Assembly: GCA_951406725.2 (NCBI GenBank)
Contig: OX597817.1
Location: forward strand, 66,464,001 to 66,528,000
DNA length: 64,000 nucleotides
Direction of reading: 5' to 3'
DNA from: Octopus vulgaris
Lineage: Eukaryota
In this document: positions 1 through 14,143 of the stretch, piece by piece
How positions within the stretch are numbered: position 1 is the stretch's first letter
Layout: the number at the start of each line of letters is the position of its first letter
The notes under the pieces: model-generated
What the model was told of the DNA's origin: nothing
Seen by the model: only the letters and a program-made list of their open reading frames with translations
Databases searched by the model: none
Program-made: the position numbers and the translations under genes

Positions 1-516
1 TGCATCCTGTTGCCAATCCCTTACACAATGTGTTACAGATTGCAAAATCGATTGATTGAATGTTTATGTATGTGTATGTGTGTGTGTACATGTACTTGTG
101 TGTATTTCGATGTATGCATGCACAAGAATACAATTAGATCTGAGGAGTTGTAGCCCTTATTTGTTGTTACACTTATCACAGATCAATGAAGTGTGAGAGA
201 CAGGTAGAAAGAAAGTGAGAGAGAGGGGGGAGATAGGGAGAGGAAGTGGGAGGAGAGAGAGTGTGTGTGTATGTGCATACACACCAAATAAGAAAGAAAG
301 AGGGGAAGAGACATTAGAAGCAAAAAAATAATAAGAAAGAGAGCATGTGTATGAATGCATATGTGCATGCATCACACACAAACGCATCCACAGACACACT
401 ACATATAGGAAAGAGAATGAGTGAGAGAAAGTGAAAAAGGGGAAGAGAGAGAGATAGAAAATAAGTGAATGTGTGTATTTGTGTGGGTGCATATCTATTT
501 ATATATATAAATAGGT

Positions 517-561
<45 letters not shown>

Positions 562-1712
562 TGTGCAGCAAATATTTGCAACTCGGTGCAGTTTTAATAC
601 AATTCAATGACACAAAACAGGTGTGTGCATGCTGGTGATGGCACAACACCATAATATGTGCACATGTCAGTGTGTTGTTCATGCACACACAATATAATGC
701 AGCTGTACACAGTGCTACTGAGCAGGATCCTTAACACACCCACCAATATACTTATATACAACTGTGTGCGCATGTGTGAACGCTGATATGCACTGCTACA
801 CACAGTTCAATGTTTTCTATACAAATCAATAGGATCAACTCAGTGCACCAACGTCAGAAAATTTGCTTGTATGTATGTAAATATATATATGTGTGTTCAT
901 GTATGAATGCATGTAAATGTACACACAAATGCATGTGTGTGTATGTGTACATATTTATATACATATGTATATAAGTATGGAAGTATCTATGTGTGGATGC
1001 ACCCACATATATACAGATACACACACACAATTGTGCTTGTCAGAAATTAGGTGATCCTACATTGGCATCAACAGAATCATCAGGTGTGGCTGTGCTCACG
1101 TGAATTTTTATGTATTTTCATAAATTTCATAAAAACCTAGTTGTTCACAAAACCATCACAATGCTTTTTGAAAATGAAGCATATCATTTATAACTCCAGA
1201 AACTCTTCCACTTTCTCTCTCTAAATATCTTATTCTATCTTTTTCTCACCTTCACAACGCTTACCTTTTTTTCATTTTCACTATCACTCTCTAAATTATA
1301 TACTTTACCTACCTATTATTTATGAAGTGTATATAGGAAGGAGTTAACACATAGGAAGAGGCATTGAATTAGTTCTCGTGAAATTATGTGAGATGCTATT
1401 CATTATGAGATGCTATTTTTGTTTGTTTTATAATTGCTGTTGCTTTATACGAACCTCTATACAGGGAACCTCTATACAGCTGTTTAACCTGCTTGAAACA
1501 GCAGCCAAATATTGTTCATATCACACACTGCATCATGAACAAAAAATGGAAGAGCACTACTGAACAACAAAGTTCCCAATATAGGGTGAGAAGGGCATGG
1601 CTGGTATGATTTTAATAACAGACCTGCTCAATCATAGATGATCCTTTATAAAAAACAACAGTTAGGTTAGATGATGATCTTAACATTTACCATATAAAAA
1701 CTATCTTAATAT

Positions 1713-2110
1713 CGATTTCAAATTTTGGTACAAGGCCAGCAATTTCAGGGGAGCTGGGTAAGTCAATTACATTGACTTCAGTGTTCAACTGGTTTTTATT
1801 TTATTGACCCTGAAAGGATGAAAGGCAAAGGCGACCTTAGTGGAATTTGAATTCAGAACATAAAGGTAGACAAAATACTACTAAACATTTTGCTTGGTGT
1901 TCTAACTTTTCTGCCAGCTCACCACCTTAAACTGTCCTAATATTGAAAACACTTTATCTTTACGTTCTGAGTTCAAATTCCACTGAGGTCAACTTTGCCT
2001 TTCATCCTTTCGGGGTCGATAAATTAAGTACCAGCTGCGTACTGGGGTCAATCTAATCAACTGGACCCCTCCCCAAAAATGTCAGGCCTTGTGCCTAGAG
2101 TAGAAAAGAG
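1713..2110. mobile_element. Two adjacent SINEs of the same family in inverted orientation, each with its own TSD
   Basis: The minus copy is flanked by aaact(a/g)tc(t/c)taatat. The plus, 5'-truncated copy 1957-2110 is flanked by TATTGAAAACACTTTA (1941-1956 and 2111-2126). Confidence 0.8.
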
Positions 2111-2979
2111 TATTGAAAACACTTTAAAAACATGAAGGTAGTCCTACTTGCATTAAACTATTGAGAAGAACCATTTTTACATCCAGTTTATCATGCTAAT
2201 AAGGATTGGGTAAGACTTTTTAAGACATCTATGGCTGGATGCTTTTCTGATGCTAATTTTAATGCAGATATAATGTACCTATTCAAAGGCAATAGGAGAA
2301 AGATTTTACTAAAACCAATTACAAAACAGTGGACATTATTATTATTAATAATAATAATAATAATAATAATGTTTTCTTTATTTGCCACAGAGGTAACAGA
2401 TGATAGTCAAGGACAATGATAATAACAGTACATGTGGTAATATCAACATTGCTTTGTTTTAATAGCAACACCTGGCATCTTGAGTGCCTTTAGTCAGGTC
2501 TACACTGTTGCAAGCATTCAGAGCAAGCTGCCTTTCCTTCTCTGACTGTCATTTACAGAAGAAAAATGATGATGATATGATGATGATGATAATTGTTTCT
2601 AATTTTGGCACAAGACCAGCAATTTAGAGTGGAGAAGCAAGTCAACTCCAGTACTTGATTGATGTCTATTTTATTGACCCAAAAAGAATGAAAGGCAAAG
2701 TCAAATTTGAACTCAGAATGTAAAGAGCCAGAAGAAATGCCATTAATGATTCTACCAGCTTGCCATTTTGATAATAGTAATCTTTTATTTTTGAGTAATA
2801 ACAATAGTGTTCATTGATTTGGTTTCCACAACGAAAAGGTTGTTTGAAATAAGGAAATGGAAAATATATCAAAACATATATTATTGCAATGTCATTCAAG
2901 TGAGCGAGTGAGTGTGTGAGAAACATAGGAAGTGCTTTTTGTTTATAGATTTATTGGATAAAATACATTAAATGGAGCT

Positions 2980-3027
<48 letters not shown>

Positions 3028-6000
3028 GTGAGAGGCAACAAAGGCAGAGAGACTGAGAAAGAGACCTACTCTTAAGAAGTCAACATCTCTCAGGCGGAAT
3101 CGTTCAGTCAGTGCAGCACAATCAGCCAAGAAGTGGTACTATTGAAGCAAAGTGGTAAGGATCAAATGCACTTGGCATTTCAGTTTTAATCTCTCTGTAT
3201 TAGGCGTCTGCCAAAAAGTGTTGTAGTAACAACATACAAGCTTAAAGAACATATAAAGACAATGTCTCTATTTATATATTTTCACTTAGGTTTTACCTGG
3301 AGAGAAGATTGAGATGACCTACTGCCTTTCTTTAGCATAGAAGGAAGAGCAGGCAGTTTTCTTATATCTGTTTGGTGGACAAGATTGAAAGGATTGTGGA
3401 TAGAGTATTGGCCGAGTACCATTTAAAGAAGGTGAGGTTTGAGAGAAAAGTGTTGTCCTTGAATAAATTTTCTAACGGTGGGTGAGATTGGCAAGCATAG
3501 TTTGTGTGATTTAGTCCACTTTGAATATGTGCCTGCAGATCTGAGATATATGCCAGGGATTCCATGATTGACATTAATCACAGTTCTCTTTTTTGAGGTA
3601 GATACATTTCATATTCTATATATTTGTCTTTTTCTTCCCATTTATTGTTTCCTAGCACACTTGATATAAAATCCCCACTGTTTTATAATGTCATGTCTCT
3701 CTGTTCCACCTCAGCACCAGATGGTGGTGTTATACAGAACAACACATTAAGTCTACTACCCAAGAACTCAGGATACAAAAATCCAGAACAAATACCACTA
3801 AGATTTTTGCTTGGTGCTCAAAAAATTTCACCAATTCACCACTCCTAGACTGATGCTTTTGACCTTGTCAGGAATTGAACTTATATCACAGACAGCCAGA
3901 ACAAATATAGCAAAGTATTTTGTATTAAGTTTTAACAATTCACCACCCACTCATATACTTTGGACAGTGCAGCTGCTACACATACATAGAACATTGTAGA
4001 TCACATTTAAAAAAGGCCATCCAGCTGATTGTATTATAACCATTGATTTACAGATACAATATTTTCTGTCTCTGTCTCTATTATTCTAAAAAGACAGAAT
4101 AGTCACAGTTGGAAAGCCTTTACTCATAGATCTACTTATTGAGTTAACCTGAGGCTAAACAATATAGTTGTAAAGAACTGAATTAATCAGGCTGTCAGCT
4201 ACCCCTAGATCACTTGATATATTAGGTTAATGATGTCATTTTCAAAGAGCAATGGCCTTTACTACTTTTCTTATCAGACCATTGATTATACTGAATTGCA
4301 TACTTCCTTTGCTTAAATATAATATACATTATCATTTCCTGTGATAATATTTGGACCTAAAGATGCATAGCATTGACCAACATCTACCTCCATATTTAAT
4401 GCAGTTATCAGTAAACACTTTCTTTAAATCTCCATTTTGCAATTCAAACTAGTTACTCCCTGCAATTACAAGATTTTATTCTACAAAGGGAAACAAATAT
4501 TCTTGGCAAGAACACCTTCTCTCTTTATTATCAGTATTATCATCAATGATTAAAAAAGAAGCTACTTCCTTCCCAATTTACTATTCCCTACTTGTTTGTT
4601 AACCTCTTTTTGTTGTTATGGTGTGATTGTTGTTGTTGATGGCAGTGATGGTAAACTGCAGGTCAATCCTGACTGAGCTGATTAATGATCAAAGGCATTC
4701 CAGTCATAACCATTCTATCTGTTATCTCAGGTATTGCATTTCTTATGTCTTATGCATCTTCTCTCTTTTCAAGACTGTAAGGTCTGATCTGAGAGATTTT
4801 GCAGTTATTTCTAGCAGGCTGAACAGCCATGTAGCTATGCTTTTGCTAGCTGATTGTCATTATTGCTGGTGTTGCTGTAATCTAGTTCACTTTTAATATT
4901 TCTCTCCAGCTTCCCAATGATTTCTGTTGGAGTTTTAAATTTCTGTTTTAGGTGATTATCTGAAATATGATTATCTGCATCAATGCATCATGCAAGCATA
5001 AATTGTACTACATCAGGAAAAAAAAAAAATGAAAAGAAAAAGAGAAAAATATATTTTGCCTTCTTTTCTTTTGAATTCCCCTCCCACTCTTTATTTTTTA
5101 TTTATTTATTATTTTTTTTTCAATAATATGTCGATAGCACTTAGTGGTGTGGAGTCAGCAGCGCAATTCCACTTTTCAAATTTTCAATTGAGCCAGGAGC
5201 AAATAGATTATCACATTTATTTTGTGACTGATAATCTTTATTCTCTTTAAAATTATGAGAGTAGCAGCAAGAAAAAAAAAAAGAAAAGTTGTGGGGGTGG
5301 TGAGGAAGATGTAAACGACTAATTGGCAATTAATGACTTCTCATTGCATTATGTCAACTGCAAATCTATGGAAGACAAATTTAGAAAACAGTTGCACTGA
5401 AATTCCATTTAAATTGGAGGTTCAAAGACTTAATGAAAAACACACAAGATTTGAAGAAAATAAAACAGAGAAAATGAATTGAATAAAACTTGGTGGTAGT
5501 GATGGCAGTGTTTAACCCCAAGTCAGCACCAGTCCAACAGAATTATGATCAAAGATGTTCTAGCCATGTTCATTCAACTTTTATTCAAATATAGTGAATG
5601 TATCCAGGAAACCATGTAATGTGTCCTCTTTTTCTTTTGCAAACAGTAGAGTGTGATTTGAGAGTGATTTTTTTTAGCTATTACTAGTAGACTTATCAAC
5701 CACATAACAACTTCCTCATTAGATTGCTTTACTGATTATAGAGTTGGTTTTCCTTGCTGATTTCGAAATTTAGAATTAAACATTAGCTAAGATCAATTTG
5801 TTCTCATTACATCTAGTTTGCAAGACTTGTAAATATTGGTTTTATTTGTACATAAAATCCCACCCAAAAAACCCTTAATGACTAAAAATGCAATGTGACA
5901 TGTTAATATATATATATATATCATTTATGCTTTGATAATATAAAGAACACAAGGACCATAGCAACTGTTAAAAATATCAATAGCTTAACCCGTCTTCTAT

Positions 6001-7169
6001 TTAGATGTCTTTGAAATATTTTACAAAGTGGACAAAGGACAATACAAGTTGAATTCAGAAGAGTTAAAAAAAAAATCTAAATTTAAAATTTTTCAATTTC
6101 TAGGAGAGGGATGGAGGGACAGAGGGGGAGAAAGAAAGAAAGGGAGCAAGAGAGACAAAGATAGACAGATAGATACGGAAAATTTACAATTTCTTTAATA
6201 TTTTCCCAATTATTAAAAAAATAACAAGAACACCTTGCTTTGACCATTTGGAAGGTGGTGGATGTTGTTTGAATCATTCAACCTGTGCAATAATTTACAA
6301 AGAAAGAGCAAATGTGTTCAGTCTTTATACACGTCTCAGTGCCTTTACACACAAACTGAACAGAACTGAGATGTTCATAACTTAGTGGTTGATAAATAGA
6401 GGCCAATAAAATAAGTACTAGACCGAAATGAGTAGTGGGGTTGATATGATCTATTAATGCTTTGAAGGTGTGCTCCAGCATAGGCACAGTCCAATGACTG
6501 AAACAAGTAAAAGAATAACAGAAAATAATACACAACAGGTGTTGAATATAATTTTTAGCCATAATATAAACCCCCTACAGAGAAAAGTTACAAGCTACAG
6601 CATGAAAAAAAATGAAGTCAGAAACATAACAATGCCATAAATAGAAAATCTTATGACTGTGACAATAACATGGATAATGTATTACTTAGATTAATAGTTG
6701 CAGATAAGACCAAAAGTATTGACAAGCTATGTTCTGTTTTTAGTCATTAATCATGTTTAAAGTATTGAATAGGATAATTTAATCTAATCAGTACACATAG
6801 ATATCAACATATGGCAGCAATAGCCTAAATTGATTCTTATCAACATCCAATATGAAATTAACAACATGCACACACATTCATTTTGATTGTTAACTGATTC
6901 TGAAGTCAAATCCTACAAGGGCTGACTAACTTCTGTCATTCTGGGATTGATAAAATAATTAATTAGGGCAAGTATAACTGACTACAAGGCCAAAGATTGA
7001 AATGCTGTTATTTCAAACTAGTTGCATTGCTGGAATGGCAATATATAGAGTTGAATACCCAACATTATTCAGCTTTGTCCCTTGTCTTTTAGAGATCCAG
7101 AGTAACTGTCTCAGTTTCAATACACAAGCTAAGATAAAACTGAAATGTATATATATATATATATCTATA

Positions 7170-7535
7170 TGCTTCCCAACCACATGGTTCCTGGCTCAGT
7201 CCCACAGCACGACACCTTGGGCAAGTGTCTTCTACTATAGCCTCAGGCTAACCAAAAGTTTATGAGTGGATTTGGTAGATGGAAACTGAAAGAAGCCTGT
7301 TGTATACATATATGTATGTGTGTGTGTGTGTTTGTGTGTCTGTGTTTATCCCTCCACCATCGCTTGACAATTGATGTTGGTGTATTTATGTCTCCATAAC
7401 TTAGTGGTACAGCAAAAGAGACTGATAGAATAAGTACTAGGCTTACAAAGAATAAGTGCTGGGGTAGATTTGTTCAACTAGAGGTGGTGCTCCAGCATGG
7501 TTGCAGTCAAATGACTGAAATAAGTAAAAGAGTAT
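7170..7535 (+). mobile_element. SINE copy (AAAAGAGT-tail family)
   Basis: Homologous in reverse to 18329-18554, with additional 5' sequence (gcttcccaaccacatggttcc...accttgggcaagtgtcttctactatagc). Confidence 0.8.
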
Positions 7536-7556
7536 ATATATGTATACACACACACA

Positions 7557-7969
7557 CACGGTGGGTTAAAAGTCATGCACCAGGACATTTCAAATTTTAT
7601 TCATATTATGTTTTTATCATTATTATTTTCATTTCTTTCATTTGTTTCTATTTCTTGCTGAGGGTCTTCCTGACACTTAGGGCAGAGAAATGTACTGTAT
7701 ACATTGGTAGGCCATTAAAATAAACACACCAGATTGTTCATTTATGAAGTCATGTGATAGAGAAAAAGAGGAAGACAGAGAGAAAAAGATAAAAATAAAA
7801 ACGTAAACATATAAAATAAAGGTGGGTGGGAAAGGCATCATGTACAAGTATGTGCGTATTCATCATTATTTTATTTATCTTATTCAATTTTAGAAAAAAT
7901 TATAGCATGTCTTTCACAATTCCTGAACATACTGAACGTTATTTTGTGCATGACTTTCGGCCCACCCTT
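7557..7969. mobile_element. Tc1/mariner-type MITE remnant
   Basis: Inverted termini ACGGTGGGTTAAAAGTCATGCAC and GTGCATGACTTTCGGCCCACCCT. Confidence 0.6.
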
Positions 7970-8608
7970 TGCCTGTCTGGCTGTCTTCAAACAGCAGCAA
8001 ATGAAATGTATTTCACTACACCAGGGTCTTTGTTAGTTTTAGCAGGTCTTCAATTTCATGGTGTGGGTCTCTGTTAATAACACCTTCTTTTAGGGTGTAA
8101 GATCCTTCAAAATATGACATCCAATATGGCCTGGTGCTCAAAATAACAGCAGTAGTGGTGCTATCACTCTCATCATCATTTTCATCATCACTTATGTTCA
8201 TTTTTCTTGCTGTCATAAACACATTAGCCCCTCAAAGTCAGTACTTATTAAGGAGTTACTATTTTCGGAGATCAGTTGGAAGACCATGTCTCATTTTTAT
8301 GTTTCAATGTTTGGTTTCTGTAGTTTACAGAGTATAACTGAGTGCATTTTGTTACAGAACCAGCACAAGAAATGTTTTCCATGTAATGATAATACTAATT
8401 CTTCCTACAATAGGCATAAGGCCTGAAATTTGGGGGAATGGTGGTAGTTGATTACATTGGACCCCAGTGCTTAACTGGTGCTTATTCTATTGGCACTGAA
8501 AGAATTAAAGGTGAAGTTGGCCTTGCTGGAATTAGAAAGTAAAGCCAGAAGAGATGCTGCTAAGCATTTTGTCTGGTGTCTAAACAATTCTGCCAGCTTG
8601 CTGACATT

Positions 8609-8650
<42 letters not shown>

Positions 8651-8805
8651 TGTTTCTGTGTGAGCACACAAGTACTACCTTTAGGCACATGGTCAGTGGT
8701 TTTTGAGGGGAGGGGTACTGATACCAGTATTTGACTTGTACTTTTTCTGACACTGGAAAAATGGTTGACAAATTTTGCTTTGGTAGGATTTAAACTTGGA
8801 ACATA

Positions 8806-8917
<112 letters not shown>

Positions 8918-11087
8918 CAACAACAAAGGTATATACAAGTACACCATTTCACCATATTGAAAATAAAACAATCACCAATATTAAAAACACATTAATGGAC
9001 AGTTTATTAATAAAGCTAACATACCTTCTCAATTACATGCGAATGATAAACTCATTAAATGCATACCTGGGATGTTGTCAAGATTGCCACACATACATAC
9101 ACACATATTAAATATTTCAAGTATTGTTAGGCAGTGAATCAAAGTCAAAGCAAACAAAACTCTTGTTCATAATATTTACAGAGTCAATAATGGAAAAAGG
9201 TATGAAAAAAAAAGTCTATTGAACAATCTAGTTAACAAGCATAAGAAAAACAATGTTTGTATGAACAAAAGCTTTGGTCAGTTCGTGCAAAACCAACAAA
9301 TAAATAAAGATAATAAATAAAAATAATAAAACAGAAGTGGCTACTGGATTAACTATATTGCACCAATGCATTGTAAGAAATGAACCAACAACAACAAAAA
9401 ATAACCAAAGAGAAACTAAATCTGGGAAAATATAGAATTGTATGATTCATTTAACTATTTATAGACTTGGAAAATACAGCAGATAACTACTATATGGTTT
9501 CACCATCAAATAAATATATGTCATGGTGAATGGTTTGTAATTGCTGTGAGGTTATATTGGAGAGATTGAGTTTTATAAGTGCATAAATATGAGGTGTGTT
9601 GTAATAACACACACACACACACATTAACAAAAATGTTTTTTATAACACACACACTCACATTAACAAAAATGCTTCTTTTTATAACGCACACAAAATGCAA
9701 ACACATACGGATATACATACATACACATATGCACGCAAATGTTATATGTATATATGCACGCATACATCAAACTACACTGAAGAGATCTATACACACAAAC
9801 ATTTAGACATTAACATCACAGGAAGGCATATATACATACAAACAGAAATACCCACAATAACTTTATTATAACGTAACCTCTAAAACAAATACTTGAAAAA
9901 AATATTCTTTCATTAAATCCTCTTTTTTGTTTTTGCTTATTTGCAACTGCTATTTACTAGAAATAGCAGCCAAACCTTCGTTTAATGTTTAAAATGAATC
10001 TTCAGAGTTGTTAGAGTATCAACAAAATGATTTTATTCTGACACCTTATATTCCGAGTTCTAATATTGTTGAGGTGCTTTCCATAATTCCTGGATAAATA
10101 AATAATGTGATTTATAAATAATAGAGAGTGAACTGAGGGAAGCATTAGAATGTCAGAAGACATGGCTTGCTGTATTTGTTCTGGCTCTTGGCAGCCATCA
10201 AGATCTACTTGGGTGGCAGATTAAATCTCTTTACTCAATTTAACACCACCACTTGATCCTTGGGAGACTTTAGCAGAGTCTACTCTGTTGCAAGCGCTCA
10301 GGCTGAGTCTCTGGTTTGAAGATACTTTCCTCCCTCTTTCCCTTTCCTTCCTTCCCTCCCACCAGTCATGGAAGCATTGCAAAGGGTCACGGGCAATGTC
10401 TTCACCTCCTAACAAAAAGATAAAACAACAACAAACAAAAAAAAAAATACATAAAGACAGGCCAATCGGTCATGGTTGAAATTCTTTGATCAGGAAGTGT
10501 ATCTTGCTCTGAAAACAATACATCAACAATATGTATTTGTCAAACCCAAGCTAGAATGGAAAAAATGGATGTAATAATGAATGAACAAATAAATAAAATA
10601 AAGCAATAAATCTGTACTGCTAGTTATCACATCCTCTCTCCTTCCCTCCAACTCATATTTACCATCATCCACCCCACTGCCCTTGTTCACCATTCACTAC
10701 CTTCAATCCTCTCTATCACCAACTCAACTATATCTCACTCTCTCCACACACTTTTTCTGATCTTCTGCTCCAATCTCTCTTTTAATTACCTTTTTGTGCC
10801 TTGAGGGCACACTCTGACACTGCCATCTTTATCTCTGTTTCTAGCACCATCACAATTATTTCACCTACCCTTAAATAATTGTATAAGAACCATGTACCTC
10901 CTATACAATGAAAATCTTGTTCCTGTTCATTATTTCATACTTTAACCTCTCAACCTCCAGCATAAAGCTACTTTCCAAGTAAAAGGAAAGTAACAGAGAG
11001 GGAGTCTTTAATCTTACAAGTTACATGGTAATCTCACAAGCACTGATGCCATGAAAAAAAAAAAGGTATCCAGTACACAATATAGTG

Positions 11088-11364
11088 CAATGGTTGCAAC
11101 TGGGGTCTATTTAAGATTTTTGGGATTCCTAGCAAGCAAAATAGTAAACTGGGGATCCACAGTAGCATTTTAAGTATACATGCATTTCTTTCTTTAACAT
11201 TTTATATAGTTCAACATATGCAAGTCAATATGTGAATAACAAAATAGGAATTTTGAAAGAAGTATCTATAAAACTAGTTTTTAAGCATCAAATGGCTATG
11301 GGGTCCACCAGAATAAAATAGCAATCAAAGGAGTCTATAGATAAATAATGGTTGAGAACCACTT
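11088..11364. mobile_element. hAT (Charlie-like) MITE with 8-bp TSD, inserted into an RTE-type 3' repeat
   Basis: TIRs CAATGGTTGCAAC / GTTGAGAACCACTT; TSD ATATAGTG at 11080-11087 and 11365-11372. Related single ends at ~12976, ~32748 and ~45935. Confidence 0.8.
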
Positions 11365-11753
11365 ATATAGTGGTTGGCATTAAGGAAGGGCATTCAAAAC
11401 TGAGTGCCCTTCCTTAATGCCAAAGCACAAATTGGATCACAGTGCAATCCTCCAACTAATCAGATCCTGTTGAACTATACAACCCATACTAGCATGAAAA
11501 AACATTAACTGATGATGATCATGATGATGAATACAAAAGGAGTATCTCTTCTCATGCAGTAAAAGGGTTTATATGTCATCAACAGTACAGAATATTGAAA
11601 GTGGCATACTTTATGATATGAATTATAGGCAGTACTGGACAAAAAGTTAATACATATTTAGAGAAAAATGAAAGAAAATGAGTTATTCAATTGTTCCTGA
11701 ACTGGAAAGAAAGGATTGTGTTATTAATTGCAATTGAAAAGTTTTATCCTTAC

Positions 11754-11983
11754 TTGTGCTTTCTTTCTTTTCAGCTCATCTGGAAATTCATCATAGTAGC
11801 TTCGAACATTTTCTTCAAGGTCCAGCCCTTCATCTTGAGGCCATGAGCCACTAAGTCCTGTACTAGGAGCTAGAGGTGTGCTGTTTGAAAGAGGAGGGGA
11901 TGGGTCACTGCGGTCTGAATTATAACTAAATACACCGCTGCTAGTCAAACTACTTGATTGCTGGTTTTCAGGAAGACTCTGGC
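11754..11983 (-). CDS. ZNF395: Next coding exon of the ZNF395/ZNF704-like gene (Ser/Pro-rich region, acidic patch, basic NLS-like stretch preceding the C2H2 finger)
   Basis: Acceptor cttctgctctttatcag|, donor |GTAAGG. Length 230 nt; phase 1 joins the upstream exon in frame (A|GC=Ser). Encodes QSLPENQQSSSLTSSGVFSYNSDRSDPSPPLSNSTPLAPSTGLSGSWPQDEGLDLEENVRSYYDEFPDELKRKKAQ, which parallels the recalled ZNF704 segment ...TPSPP...DDGIDE...FDEPIPRKRK just before the zinc finger. I did not find the finger exon in 1-11753. Confidence 0.88.
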
Positions 11984-14143
11984 CTGATAAAGAGCAGAAG
12001 TGTAAAAAAAAAAAAAAACATGGAAAAAAATTAATTGTAATATTAAAGAGAAAAAAATAGTAAAGAGAAATTTAATCATTTTACAGGCTATATTAATTTT
12101 CTAAAATCAATGCCTGAGCAACTGCCTTTTTTTAATTTTTAATTCAGACTAAAGTATATGAACCATTATTGGTCAAACTGTAAGGGTGAGCAATTGCTTT
12201 TATTCCTATTTAACAGTTGAAAGTGAGCTAACATGCTAACATGGAAAACGGACGTTAAATGATGATGATGATGATGATCAGTAGCATGCCTTATAAGAAC
12301 CTAGCGTTGAAAAATGCAAAGAGCATGTCTACTAGATATTAGATATTCACAATATAATAATTAATAAACAATTTGAATGTATTTCAGATTTAAATAAATT
12401 CTAATGATTATAAGGGTGTCAATTTACTTCTGTCATGTCTGTGTATACACACACACACACAAATACATACATACACACATATTTATACATGCACACATGT
12501 ATATGTGTATGTATGTGTCTCAGAGGATCTTTGTCTTGCAAATTACTTGGTAACCCTGCCAGTGCTGGTGTCACATAAAAAGGTATCCAGTCAACACTGT
12601 AAAGTGGTTGGCATTTTGGAAGGTCATCCAGCTGTAAAAACCATGTTAAAACTGACATTGCCTGTGCTGGTGCTATATAAAAACACTTAGTCCACTCTAT
12701 GGGGTGGCTGGTGTTAGGATGGACATCCTACAGTTAAAACCATGCCTAAACAGACATTGAAATCTAGAGCAGTCTTCTGCTTAGCTAGCTCCTATCAAAC
12801 TGTCCAAGCCATGCCAGCATGGAAAGCGGAATGTTAAATGATGATGATGATGATGGTGGTGTGTGTGTGTATGTTTGTGAAGTTGGTGTGAATTAAGAAA
12901 GGTTGGCACTATTTCTAGCAGGTTGAGTGACCATGTATAAGTTCCTTCAATGGCTTGAATATCATTAGTCTAAGCCAGTGGTTTTCAACCTGGAGTCTAC
13001 AGACCCCACAACCAAAGTACTGGGGTCTGTGAGCTGAGTTCAAGATTTGCTGAATAAACAGATCTTTGAAAAGCCTGCCATTCAAGGAAAAATTCATATC
13101 AATAGACCTTGTGAATAAAAAGGATAACTTTTTTTTTTATTATTCCTTAAAACTAATAAATGACATTGCTGACCATCCCATATTTCAACATAGTGTCTAG
13201 GGTTACATTAAACTAATGTATCCTACTTTTTCTCTTTCAAGCAGAAGGTAGATTTGGCTGCTACTTCTGGCAAGTCAAACAATTGCAATGAGGATCCATT
13301 GATGGCATGTAATTTTTTTTAATGCAATGAAGTTGCCAAGAAATTATTTCTAAAGTTAACAAACCAAAATGTTGATATTCCTACTAGTAAACTGGCTATA
13401 AAGTATGTTATTAGCTTAACTGATTTTGTTAATTCTTTTTGAAATACAGCTTTCTTTAAAGGAACTGCTTTATTGGTTATAAGGACAAGTATAAACCAGA
13501 ATATAATTATTGATTCATGCTGGCATGGGAAAAACCATGGTTTTTCCCATGCTAGCATGGATCAAACAAGTTATGTAGCATTTATTCCTTGTGTCCCAAT
13601 TCAAATACATATTTAATGAGATTGTGTCTGGAGTGTTTTTATGATTATCTCTTTCCAATTATCAACCACTCTGATGAAAAGTTATACATATTGCTAATTT
13701 CTAATTTATAGTTCATCTAGATATTCTCATTTACTTTTGATGTACTATTTATGCAAAATGGTCAGTTAACCTCAAATATATAGCATGTTTCTTGTTCTCT
13801 GCTCCAAATTTTTGTGTGCACAACAGCAAACACCCAGAAATCAACACAAGTTAAAATTATATTTTTTAAAGTTATAATAAGTAAAAATTTTCAAGAATTA
13901 ATCAATATGAACAATGATTTCCCACTAGAAAAATAAACACTACAAAAGTAATAAAAACAAACCTAACAAAAAATAAAATAAAATGTCTTATAACTAGAAT
14001 TTCCTTTTCTCAAATCCAATACGTTACATTAGTCACGTTTTCAACTATTTAGCAAGCAGGAAGCATTTGTGGTTTTACAGATTCATCCTAAATCCCACTC
14101 TCTCTCTCTCTATCGTGTATATATATACACACAAGCATGTATA

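Noticed and set aside
3060-3600. Possible downstream zinc-finger exon of the host gene
   Set aside because: No CxWxxC...HxxxxH pattern. It looks more like a decayed LINE C-terminus, too weak to call.
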